DNA from: Clostridiales bacterium
GTDB taxonomy: Bacteria > Bacillota > Clostridia > DSM-8532
Direction: 5' to 3'
Assembly (NCBI GenBank): GCA_036768735.1
Contig: DAIPML010000002.1
Location: forward strand, 1 to 51,147
DNA: 51,147 nt
Shown here: positions 27,203 through 35,905 of the stretch, one piece after another
Position numbering within the stretch: the stretch's first letter is position 1
Layout of the letters: each line of letters opens with the position of its first letter
The notes under the pieces: generated by a model
The model's input: only the letters and a program-made list of their open reading frames with translations
What the model was told of the DNA's origin: nothing
The model's database searches: none
Program-made: the position numbers and the translations under genes

Positions 27203-27245
27203 ATACAATCAATGGGTTATAACATAAAGATATAAGAATTTTAAC

Positions 27246-27277
27246 AGAGACTCGATTGTGGGTCTCTTATTTTTTTA
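27246..27277 (+). terminator. Intrinsic terminator between the leader ORF and aroF
   Basis: Stem AGAGACUC/GGGUCUCU (8 bp including one G-U pair), loop GATTGT, followed by TATTTTTTTATT. Confidence 0.7.
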
Positions 27278-27305
27278 TTAAAGCATATTTTATGTTTTAT
27301 GAGAA

Positions 27306-27333
27306 TTGAACAGAAAGCATACCTTTTTATACT
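27306..27333 (+). promoter_or_regulatory. Possible second promoter (TTGAAC-16-TATACT) downstream of the terminator
   Basis: TTGAAC at 27306-27311 and TATACT at 27328-27333. If active, it would drive aroF independently of the leader. Confidence 0.3.
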
Positions 27334-27364
27334 TTTAATTAATGTTGAGGGAGGATGAAAACAT

Positions 27365-28384
27365 ATGGTAGTTGTTTTAAAACCTAATGTGCCGGTAGAA
27401 AAAAGAAATGAGCTAATAAGAGAAATTGAATCCATGGGAGTTCGGGTTCAAGTCACAGAAGGTGTTGATGTATCAATTCTTGGACTTGTGGGTGATACCA
27501 CTAACCTGAATAAATACAGAATAGCGTCCAATGAAATTGTCGCTAATATACTTAGAGTTCAAGAGCCCTTTAAAAAGGCAAACAAAATGTTTAAACCTGA
27601 TAATACAATTATAGAAGTGTCGGGAAGAAAAATTGGCGAAGGTTATTTTACAGTAATCACAGGACCGTGCTCAGTAGAAAGTGAGGATCAGATTGAGGGA
27701 ATAGCAAAGGTTGTTAAGGAAAACAAGGCAGCTTTTCTCCGCGGCGGAGCCTATAAACCGAGAACATCTCCTTATGCCTTTCAGGGATTGGGTCTTGAAG
27801 GCCTTGAATATTTAAAACATGCCAAGACACATACGGGATTACCAATTGTTTCTGAGATCATGTCGGTTGATATGGTGCAGCGCTTTGTTGACGATGTGGA
27901 TATTATTCAGATTGGTGCGAGAAATATGCAAAATTTTGTTCTGCTAAAGGAATTAGGGAAAACAAACAAGCCAATTCTTTTAAAGCGTGGATTAGCCGCA
28001 ACAATCGAAGAGTGGCTTATGTCAGCTGAATACATTATGAGTGAAGGTAATGATCAGGTTATTCTTTGCGAAAGAGGTATCAGGACATTTGAGACATACA
28101 CAAGGAACACACTTGATTTAAGCTCCATCCCCGCTATAAAAAAGCTCAGCCATTTACCGGTTATTGTTGACCCAAGCCATGCTACAGGGAAAGCCTGGAT
28201 GGTTGAAAGTATGTCAAAGGCTGCTGTCGTTGCGGGAGGTGACGGCCTCATAATTGAAGTTCACAATAATCCTGCTTGCGCACTGTGTGACGGACAGCAA
28301 TCCATTACACCCGATGAGTATTCTGTGTTGATGAAAAAAATCGAAAAACTGGTTGAGTTTGAAGGTAAAACACTGGTATGCTGA
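27365..28384 (+). CDS. aroF: 3-deoxy-7-phosphoheptulonate (DAHP) synthase, type I-beta with an N-terminal ferredoxin-like regulatory domain
   Basis: 339 aa. The N-terminal ~65-aa domain (MVVVLKPNVPVEKRNELIREIESMG) precedes a KDO8PS-like core (GPCSVES, LRGGAYKPRTSPY, DPSH). Confidence 0.9.
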   Translation: MVVVLKPNVPVEKRNELIREIESMGVRVQVTEGVDVSILGLVGDTTNLNKYRIASNEIVANILRVQEPFKKANKMFKPDNTIIEVSGRKIGEGYFTVITGPCSVESEDQIEGIAKVVKENKAAFLRGGAYKPRTSPYAFQGLGLEGLEYLKHAKTHTGLPIVSEIMSVDMVQRFVDDVDIIQIGARNMQNFVLLKELGKTNKPILLKRGLAATIEEWLMSAEYIMSEGNDQVILCERGIRTFETYTRNTLDLSSIPAIKKLSHLPVIVDPSHATGKAWMVESMSKAAVVAGGDGLIIEVHNNPACALCDGQQSITPDEYSVLMKKIEKLVEFEGKTLVC

Positions 28385-28398
28385 TAATATGATTGTTT

Positions 28399-28568
28399 AC
28401 CGGAAAGTCAAGAATTAATTTTTTCCATAAATTTGCTTGCAGTAAGTTACAGCCTACTGCAACCTGTTGAATTACAATATGGTTATCCGGTCTACTTTTG
28501 AGGTTGATGAATTTATGATATCTTTATTTCACCAGAATAAGCGAAGTGGCTTTCCGGGTAAAACCATA
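28399..28568 (-). repeat. Family B composite repeat (reverse orientation) in the aroF-aroB spacer
   Basis: Its reverse complement aligns over about 170 nt with 46995-47185 (e.g. cggataaccatattgtaattcaacaggttgcagtaggctgtaacttactgc versus ggataaccataatgtgattgcactaggttgcaacaagctgcaacttcctgc). The ends ccggaaagtca / gtggctttccgg form an inverted repeat. Confidence 0.8.
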
Positions 28569-28589
28569 AAATAATATAGGAGGCTAAAA

Positions 28590-29669
28590 ATGCAAAAAAT
28601 AGATGTAAAACTTACTCACAAAAATTATCCGATTTATATTGAAAACGGACTATTTAAAAAAGCAGGTTCCATACTTTCAGAGTTTCTTGCTGAAAAAAAA
28701 GTAATTATAGTCACAGACAGTAATTTATCGTCCTCCTATGGCAATGAGCTCTTACAAAGCTTAAGGGCTGATAAGATTGAATCAGAAATATGCATTATTC
28801 CCGCCGGAGAAAAAAGTAAAAGCATAGATGTGCTTACAAAGCTTTATAATTCATTTGCTGGTTTTGGTATAACAAGGAATGATTTTGTGATTGCTCTGGG
28901 TGGGGGTGTTACAGGTGATTTAACAGGATTCGCAGCATCCACCTGGCTTCGGGGCACAGGATTTATTCAAATACCCACGTCACTTCTTTCAATGGTTGAT
29001 TCCAGTATTGGAGGAAAAGTTGCTATAAACCTGCAAATCGGAAAAAATTTGGTCGGTAGCTTTTATCATCCTGAAGTTGTACTTATTGATCCCGTACTGC
29101 TTGAAACAATACCAAACAGATATTTTGCAGATGGAATGGCTGAGGTTATAAAATATGGTTGTATTGATGGAACAGAGCTTTTTGACAGTTTAAAAAATCT
29201 AAAGAACCGCCAAAGTACAATGAAAATCATCGATAGCATCATATTCCGATGTTGTGATATAAAGCGCAGGATAGTTGAGTTGGACGAACGAGAAAGTAAT
29301 ATTAGAATGGTGCTGAATTTTGGGCACACAATTGGACATGCAATAGAAAAGTATTTTGATTATAAAAAATATACTCATGGTGAGGCAGTTTCACTGGGTA
29401 TGGTATTTATAGCCGAATTATCCCATAAGCTTGGATATTGCAACAAAGATATTCCCGACAGGATTACGATTCTTCTTAAGCAGTCAGGTCTCCCGGTTGT
29501 TATTCCGGAAATGGAGCCGAAAGCTGTTATTGATACGGTTTTTGTTGATAAAAAAGCAAGAACAAATGATATAAATCTGATACTTATAAAGGATATTGGA
29601 AATGTAATAATTGAAAAATTCCCAAAGGATAAAATCGGAGGTCATATCTATGAAATGCTTAACAATTAA
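28590..29669 (+). CDS. aroB: 3-dehydroquinate synthase
   Basis: 359 aa with GGGVTGDLTGFAA, SMVDSSIGGKVAIN and NFGHTIGHAIE. Confidence 0.93.
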   Translation: MQKIDVKLTHKNYPIYIENGLFKKAGSILSEFLAEKKVIIVTDSNLSSSYGNELLQSLRADKIESEICIIPAGEKSKSIDVLTKLYNSFAGFGITRNDFVIALGGGVTGDLTGFAASTWLRGTGFIQIPTSLLSMVDSSIGGKVAINLQIGKNLVGSFYHPEVVLIDPVLLETIPNRYFADGMAEVIKYGCIDGTELFDSLKNLKNRQSTMKIIDSIIFRCCDIKRRIVELDERESNIRMVLNFGHTIGHAIEKYFDYKKYTHGEAVSLGMVFIAELSHKLGYCNKDIPDRITILLKQSGLPVVIPEMEPKAVIDTVFVDKKARTNDINLILIKDIGNVIIEKFPKDKIGGHIYEMLNN

Positions 29670-30933
29670 GCCGTCAAAGCTAACCGGCAGGGTATTAGTG
29701 CCACCATCTAAAAGCATGGTACACCGTGCTGTTATCTGTGCTTTTCTTTCCGAGGGTACAAGTGAGATTAGTAATGTGGAGCTGTCAAATGATATAATTG
29801 CAACCTGTAGCGCTGTGGAAGCTCTCGGGGCAGAAATAGACATTCTGGATAATGGGATACCCGGCCGCAAAAAACTTATTATCACCGGAAATGGCATGGT
29901 TAAAGTTAAAAAGAGCAGAATTAATTGCAAAGAATCCGGTACAACAGCGCGCTTTATCATGCCCATAAGCAGGCTTTCTTCGGAGCAAATAATAATTGAT
30001 GGAGAAAATAAGCTTGTTGAACGTCCATTCGATGTGTTTTTTGATATCTTTCAAAACCATGGCATCAGCTTTGAAGCCAATAACAACAAGTTACCAATAA
30101 CTCTAAAAGGGAAGCTGAACCCCGGTACTTTTGAAATAAGGGGTGATGTCAGCTCACAGTTTATATCCGGTCTTTTACTTGCATTGCCGCTCCTGCCGGG
30201 TGATTCTGAAATAAAAATAACCACATCTTTAGAGTCTGCAGGATATATAGATATGACTCTTCAAATGCAGAAGCTGTTTGGCATAAACATTCAATTTAAC
30301 CGCGAAGAAAACAAGCTGTTTATCCCAGGGTGGCAGAAATATACACCATGTAGATACGAAGCAGAAGGGGACTGGTCTCAAGCAGCTTTTTGGCTGGCTG
30401 CCGGAGCATTGACGGGTCCGGTGGAGATACTAGGATTAAACCCGGAATCAATTCAAGGCGATAGAGTCATTGAAAGCATTATGCAAAGGATGGGTATTAA
30501 TTTAATTTGGAAAGACGGCGTTGTTACAGCGGAAAGAAAAAAGCTTAAAAGCATTGATATCGATGTCTCGCAGTGCCCGGATCTTGTTCCAATACTTGCT
30601 GTTTTGTTCTCTGTTGGGGAAGGTAAGGCGAAAATATTTAATGCAGCGAGGCTTCGTTTAAAGGAATGTGATAGGCTAAATGCTGTTACTGTTGAATTAA
30701 AAGCACTTGGTGCGGATATTAGTGAGGGTGACGACTTTCTTAATATTAATGGAGTTAATAAGCTTAAGGGCGGAAGAGTTTACGACTGGAATGATCATAG
30801 GATTGTTATGGCTGCTGCTGTTGCTGCTTCAGTCTGTGAGAAAAATGTTATAATCGAAGGGTATGAAGCGGTAAATAAATCATATCCAACTTTCTGGGAT
30901 CACTATAAAGACCTTGGGGGTGAAGTGTTTTGA
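29650..30933 (+). CDS. aroA: 3-phosphoshikimate 1-carboxyvinyltransferase (EPSP synthase)
   Basis: Start at ATG 29650 (GGAGG 8 nt upstream), overlapping the aroB end. Motifs PPSKSMVHRA, KESGTTARF and RLKECDR. Confidence 0.92.
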   Translation: MKCLTIKPSKLTGRVLVPPSKSMVHRAVICAFLSEGTSEISNVELSNDIIATCSAVEALGAEIDILDNGIPGRKKLIITGNGMVKVKKSRINCKESGTTARFIMPISRLSSEQIIIDGENKLVERPFDVFFDIFQNHGISFEANNNKLPITLKGKLNPGTFEIRGDVSSQFISGLLLALPLLPGDSEIKITTSLESAGYIDMTLQMQKLFGINIQFNREENKLFIPGWQKYTPCRYEAEGDWSQAAFWLAAGALTGPVEILGLNPESIQGDRVIESIMQRMGINLIWKDGVVTAERKKLKSIDIDVSQCPDLVPILAVLFSVGEGKAKIFNAARLRLKECDRLNAVTVELKALGADISEGDDFLNINGVNKLKGGRVYDWNDHRIVMAAAVAASVCEKNVIIEGYEAVNKSYPTFWDHYKDLGGEVF

Positions 30934-32015
30934 GTAGTATTTGGGGTGAGAACATTAAGATTTCAGTATTCGGTGAGTCCCATGGGGAAGCCATCGGTGT
31001 TGTTGTTGACGGATTACCTCCGGGGATAAAGCTTGATATTGACAAGATTAATCTTGAAATGGATAGAAGAAAACCGGGGCAGAATGCATACACGACACAG
31101 AGAAAAGAAGCCGACCGGGTTGAAATTGTCAGCGGCTTTTTTAACGGTTTCACGACCGGTACTCCTTTATGTGGAATCATCCGCAACACTGATAAAAGAT
31201 CGGTGGACTATGACAAAATCAAAAGCATTATGCGCCCAAGCCATGCGGATTATACCGGTAGAATATTATATAAAGGGTTTGGGGATTATCGCGGTGGCGG
31301 GCATTTCTCCGGTAGACTCACAGCGCCTGTAGTTTTTGCCGGGGCAATAGCATATCAATATCTTGAGCAAGCTGGAATAACCATTGGTACGCATTTATTA
31401 AAAATAGGAGAAATCGAAGACATACGGATTGATCCGGTTAACATTAGTGCAAAAGAACTTATAAGCCTTAGACATATGCATTTCCCGGTTATTAATAAAG
31501 ATGTCGGTGAAAATATGAAAAAAGTAATAAGCGACGCTAAAACAAGCGGTGATTCCGTAGGCGGTGTCTTGGAGACATCTATTATAAACTTACCGGAAGG
31601 TCTTGGTTCTCCAATGTTTCAATCGGTAGAGAGCAGGTTATCGTCTTTTATATTTTCAATACCGGCTGTAAAAGGTATTGAGTTTGGAGCCGGGTTTGGT
31701 TTTACTGATATGAGTGGTTTTGAAGCGAATGATTCATTTTATATTGAAGGCGATAAGGTGAAAACAAAAACAAACCACTCCGGCGGAATTAATGGCGGAA
31801 TTACAAACGGCATGCCTGTTATATTCAGAACAGCAATGCGTCCAACACCGTCCATTGCTAAGATGCAGCAAACAATAGATGCAGACACTATGACGGAAAC
31901 AGAATTTAGTGTTCATGGCAGGCATGATCCTTGTATAGCTTTGCGAGCAGTCCCTGTGTTGGATGCAGCTGCAGCGATAGTTATATTGGATTTATGCATG
32001 AAGAAAGAAGGGTAA
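30930..32015 (+). CDS. aroC: Chorismate synthase
   Basis: The TTG start overlaps the aroA stop. Motifs FGESHG, RPSHADYT and GGISNG-like GGINGGITNG. Confidence 0.92.
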   Translation: MSSIWGENIKISVFGESHGEAIGVVVDGLPPGIKLDIDKINLEMDRRKPGQNAYTTQRKEADRVEIVSGFFNGFTTGTPLCGIIRNTDKRSVDYDKIKSIMRPSHADYTGRILYKGFGDYRGGGHFSGRLTAPVVFAGAIAYQYLEQAGITIGTHLLKIGEIEDIRIDPVNISAKELISLRHMHFPVINKDVGENMKKVISDAKTSGDSVGGVLETSIINLPEGLGSPMFQSVESRLSSFIFSIPAVKGIEFGAGFGFTDMSGFEANDSFYIEGDKVKTKTNHSGGINGGITNGMPVIFRTAMRPTPSIAKMQQTIDADTMTETEFSVHGRHDPCIALRAVPVLDAAAAIVILDLCMKKEG

Positions 32016-32018
32016 CCG

Positions 32019-33170
32019 ATGGGGCATGAGCTTAATGATATAAGAATAAAAATAAATGATATTGATAAAAAAATGGTAGAGCTTTTTGAAGAGCGTCTTA
32101 CTATAGTGTCAGAAGTTGCGGCTTATAAAAAACAAAATAATCTAAAGATATTTGATAAAGAACGTGAAAAAGAGGTTATAAAAAGAGCTTCTTCCTATTT
32201 AAAAAACAATGAACATGAAAAGTATTTAAATGTCTTTATGGATGAGCTGATGACTCTTTGCAGACAATATCAGATTGACATAATCAAAGATTATGGAACT
32301 GTGCAAGATGAAAAAGAGACATTCCCAGAGGGTTATTCCGTTATTGGTTATTTAGGTGTGACAGGTTCATACAGCGAAGAAGCAGCCAGCATGTATTTTG
32401 GAGAAAGCTTTACAAAAAGAGCTTTTGGACATTTTGATGAAATAGTAAATGCTCTGTTAAAATGCGAAATTGATGTTGCAGTATTACCGGTTGAGAATTC
32501 TTCAACAGGCACGATCAGTAGGGTTATAGATCTTATAAGCAGTAATAATGTTTACATAACGGGAGAGCATATATCACCAATATGCCACAATTTGCTGACT
32601 TTGCCCGGTACGAAGCTTACTGACATAAAAAAAGTCTATTCACATCACCAGGGTTTGGAGCAGAGCAGAAATTTCTTAAAGCAATATCCTTGGGAGCTGA
32701 TTGAATATAAAAGCACCGCCGACAGTGCAAAGCTCGTTCATGATTTGCAGGATAAATCAATAGCTGCTGTTGCATCACACCACTGCGCTGAAATTTACGG
32801 GCTTGAAATTGTTGTACCGAATATAAACTATGAAAATAATTATACCCGTTTTATTATGGTTGGCAGAGAGCTTACAATTAATAAAAGCTGTAATAAGATC
32901 AGTGTGGCAATGGATATCGCTCATAAGCCAGGTGCCCTGTTTAAGATTTTAAGGCTTTTTAAGGATAGAAACATAAATTTATTAAAGATCGAATCCAGAC
33001 CTATTCTCGGAAAACCTTGGGAGTACTTATTTTTCTTTGATTTTGAAGGTAACCTTTTAGATGACAGGATTAAGGATTTGATTGAATGCTTAAAGGATGC
33101 GGTAAACGACTTTCGCATATTGGGAAACTACCGTGCGTATGAGAAGAATATTAAAAATAATGGGATATAG
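32019..33170 (+). CDS. pheA: Bifunctional chorismate mutase / prephenate dehydratase (P-protein) with a C-terminal ACT domain
   Basis: An N-terminal AroQ-type chorismate mutase helix (LNDIRIKINDIDKKMVELFEERL) is followed by a prephenate dehydratase core (LPVENSSTGTI, TRFIMVG) and an ACT domain (PGALFKILRLF ... ESRP). Confidence 0.88.
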   Translation: MGHELNDIRIKINDIDKKMVELFEERLTIVSEVAAYKKQNNLKIFDKEREKEVIKRASSYLKNNEHEKYLNVFMDELMTLCRQYQIDIIKDYGTVQDEKETFPEGYSVIGYLGVTGSYSEEAASMYFGESFTKRAFGHFDEIVNALLKCEIDVAVLPVENSSTGTISRVIDLISSNNVYITGEHISPICHNLLTLPGTKLTDIKKVYSHHQGLEQSRNFLKQYPWELIEYKSTADSAKLVHDLQDKSIAAVASHHCAEIYGLEIVVPNINYENNYTRFIMVGRELTINKSCNKISVAMDIAHKPGALFKILRLFKDRNINLLKIESRPILGKPWEYLFFFDFEGNLLDDRIKDLIECLKDAVNDFRILGNYRAYEKNIKNNGI

Positions 33171-33191
33171 TGTCCATTAAGAAGTAAGTCT

Positions 33192-33278
33192 GTGGCTTGC
33201 GATGCTGGACATATCAGAACAAAAACAACCATTGAAGCAGTGATATGTCCACCTAAGTTATGTCCACCTAAGTTATGT
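33192..33278 (+). repeat. Family D-like fragment plus a 15-nt tandem repeat in the pheA-aroE spacer
   Basis: gtggcttgcgatgctggacatatca...cattgaagcagtgatatgtccacc parallels D3 (ggcttgcgagtgatat...cattcagaggtgtgatatcacgcc). A 10-bp inverted repeat ggacatatca/tgatatgtcc lies at 33207-33216 and 33241-33250. atgtccacctaagtt occurs twice at 33245-33274. Confidence 0.7.
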
Positions 33279-33404
33279 ACTACTAGTTTAGTTTCCAAAG
33301 CCGCTTAATCTCACAATTTTATTTAATCGACCACAGAATAACCACTGTATTTTACCAATCAATGAAGTTGTTTATTGAATTTTGACTTACGAAAGGAGTC
33401 TCGT

Positions 33405-34397
33405 ATGAAGTATGGTTTAATAGGTGAAAAGCTCAGTCATAGTCTATCTCCTGACATTCATAGGATTTTCTTCGAACTGACAGGAAAAAAAGGTGATTAC
33501 GGGCTTTTTGAGCTTTCAATAGAGGAACTTCAGCCTTTTCTTTTGAATGCTTCTGATAAAGGCTTTAAAGGCTTGAATGTGACGATTCCATATAAAAAAA
33601 AGGTTATTTCGTATATCAATGAATTATCCAAAGAAGCAATGAAAATTGGTGCGGTGAATACAATTGTGCCTGGGAACATGTTGAAAGGCTATAATACCGA
33701 TTATTATGGAATAGATTATACTCTAAGAAAATATCATGAAAGCTTTTATTGGGACAGAGCTCTTGTATTGGGTAGTGGCGGGGCAGCAAATGCAGTTATC
33801 ACTTATCTTGAAGACAATAAAGACAATGAATTCAATGAAGAAGGTATAGACAATGCAGACAAAAAAGACAACATAGATTATAAAAAAAATAAAGACAATA
33901 AAGAAAATAAAGACAATGCAAACAAAAATGAAGACTATGAAAGAAATGAAAGCAACAAATACAATGAAACCAATGGAATCAATGAAATTAATAAAAGAAG
34001 CAGTGTTGTAAGCAAAATCTATCTGGCAAGCAGAGATAAAATAGCTGCAAAAAATAAATTTCCACATGCTAATACGGTTTCATATGATGAAATAGCTGAT
34101 TATTCACCATTTGACATAATAGTAAACACTACACCGGTGGGAATGTTTCCATCGGTAGGAGCTTCTCCATTAACAAAAGAGCAAATTAATGGCTCCGGCT
34201 TTTTGTTTGACTTAATTTATAACCCTGCTAAAACAAGGCTGATGGAGCTTTCAGATGAATTAGGCATACCTAATGTAAATGGGCTGTATATGCTGGTAGC
34301 CCAAGCTGTAAAAGCACAGGAAATATGGAATGGAGAAGAGTATGGGCAGGATTTGGTAGATGCTGTATACTTGAGGTTCTTGGGGGAACGAGCTTAA
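33405..34397 (+). CDS. aroE: Shikimate dehydrogenase (canonical catalytic motifs) carrying a ~65-aa low-complexity insertion
   Basis: SHSLSP, NVTIPYKK, GYNTDYYG, GSGGAANA and NTTPVGM are present. AAAGGAG lies upstream of ATG 33405. An N/K/D/E-rich insert is encoded at about 33811-34005. Confidence 0.9.
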   Translation: MKYGLIGEKLSHSLSPDIHRIFFELTGKKGDYGLFELSIEELQPFLLNASDKGFKGLNVTIPYKKKVISYINELSKEAMKIGAVNTIVPGNMLKGYNTDYYGIDYTLRKYHESFYWDRALVLGSGGAANAVITYLEDNKDNEFNEEGIDNADKKDNIDYKKNKDNKENKDNANKNEDYERNESNKYNETNGINEINKRSSVVSKIYLASRDKIAAKNKFPHANTVSYDEIADYSPFDIIVNTTPVGMFPSVGASPLTKEQINGSGFLFDLIYNPAKTRLMELSDELGIPNVNGLYMLVAQAVKAQEIWNGEEYGQDLVDAVYLRFLGERA

Positions 34398-34522
34398 GAA
34401 AGGAATATAAAAAGTTAATTGCCAGTCATTTCAAGTGTAAACGTTGATTTATCATGAGGTTTGTAACTATAAATATGTTAACTTAAACTTCATAAATAAT
34501 ATTTTAAAAGGAATGAAGTAAA

Positions 34523-35023
34523 ATGATAAAAAATATTGTGTTAACAGGAATTATGGGCTGCGGCAAAACAACAATTGGTAAAAAAATTGCTGCCAAGTTA
34601 AGCATGGAATTTCTGGATTTGGATCATTATATTGAAGAAAAATGGGGCAGGATTCCTGAGCTTTTTTTACATGGTGAAGAGCATTTCAGGAATATTGAAA
34701 GTATTGCGGTATCGGAAGCCGGGAACAAAGAACACACGGTTATCGCAACCGGTGGTGGAATAATAAAACGAGACAAAAACATCTTTAGCCTGAAAAGAAA
34801 CGGTATAATTTTTTTCATTGATCGTCCTATAGAAGATATTATGAAAGACATCGAAATCTCAGAAAGACCTCTTTTGTTAGATGGTAAGGAAAAGCTTTTA
34901 AATATCTATAAGGATAGGTACCAAAAATACATAGAAACCTGTGATTTCCACATAAAAAATGCAAGCAGCATCGATAATGTGTTAGACGAGATTATCCGTA
35001 TTTGGGAGTTGAAAAACAATTAA
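34523..35023 (+). CDS. aroK: Shikimate kinase
   Basis: 166 aa with P-loop GIMGCGKTTIGK, plus FRNIES and GGGII. Confidence 0.9.
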   Translation: MIKNIVLTGIMGCGKTTIGKKIAAKLSMEFLDLDHYIEEKWGRIPELFLHGEEHFRNIESIAVSEAGNKEHTVIATGGGIIKRDKNIFSLKRNGIIFFIDRPIEDIMKDIEISERPLLLDGKEKLLNIYKDRYQKYIETCDFHIKNASSIDNVLDEIIRIWELKNN

Positions 35024-35032
35024 ATGCTCTTT

Positions 35033-35770
35033 TCACTCCAAAAGACTTTCTTCATATTGTTTCATAAGTTTTTCCCATGTACTAATATTAACAATTCCTG
35101 TTTGAGCGAGTTTGACATCTGTTTGGAATCTATAAACTGCTTTTTTAGTTTCCGTGCTGAATTTTCCGTTACACCAATTATGAAAATAACCCAATTTCTT
35201 TAGAGCGATTTGTACTTTATACACATCAGAGCCAAAATCGCCATCCTTAAGGTTTCTAAAAGGCTGATTTTCAAAAACAATAGTTACTTTTGTACCATGA
35301 GGGATATACTGATATAAATCCTTTGCATCTTCACTATTCATACGGATACAACCACCTGATACATTTTCTTTTCCTATTGCCCAGGGTTGCCTAGTCCCAT
35401 GTATCCCGTATTTACCCCAGGGTACATTAAGCCCAATCCATGCTCCGCCAAATCCATCTCCCCATTTTTCTTTTTCTATAATAACCCATTCACCAGTAGG
35501 AGAGGGGGATTTAATTTTACCGCCTGAAACAAGGTAAGTTTTATATATTTCATTATTTTTAAACACATACATTTTCTGCTCATCAAGGTTAATGTGGATA
35601 CGATAGGGGCTTTTTTCGGAAATATAAGAGTTGACTTCAAATTCTCCATAGTCGGAATAGAAATTTACTTTTTGCACTGTATTTTTAAGCAACAGAATAA
35701 AGATGAGCAGTATTCCCAATTGCAGTAAACTTACTAAAGCTTTCATTTTAATTTTATCTAATACAAGCAT
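35033..35770 (-). CDS. L,D-transpeptidase (YkuD domain) with a C-terminal PG_binding_1 domain
   Basis: Catalytic motif HGT...SGGCIRM, with C-terminal GDFGSDVYKVQIALKKLGY...TETKKAVYRFQ. An N-terminal TM anchor is present. Confidence 0.88.
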   Translation of the reverse strand: MLVLDKIKMKALVSLLQLGILLIFILLLKNTVQKVNFYSDYGEFEVNSYISEKSPYRIHINLDEQKMYVFKNNEIYKTYLVSGGKIKSPSPTGEWVIIEKEKWGDGFGGAWIGLNVPWGKYGIHGTRQPWAIGKENVSGGCIRMNSEDAKDLYQYIPHGTKVTIVFENQPFRNLKDGDFGSDVYKVQIALKKLGYFHNWCNGKFSTETKKAVYRFQTDVKLAQTGIVNISTWEKLMKQYEESLLE

Positions 35771-35905
35771 GTGAAAACACCTCCTTTATCTATATGATTA
35801 AAAGCTTCTTTTCATATCAGTTCTACCTTTTAATTTTCAGGTTGTACTAAATATTTTATAAAATAAATATATATATCATAGTCAAAGAAACAGGGGGATA
35901 CAATT

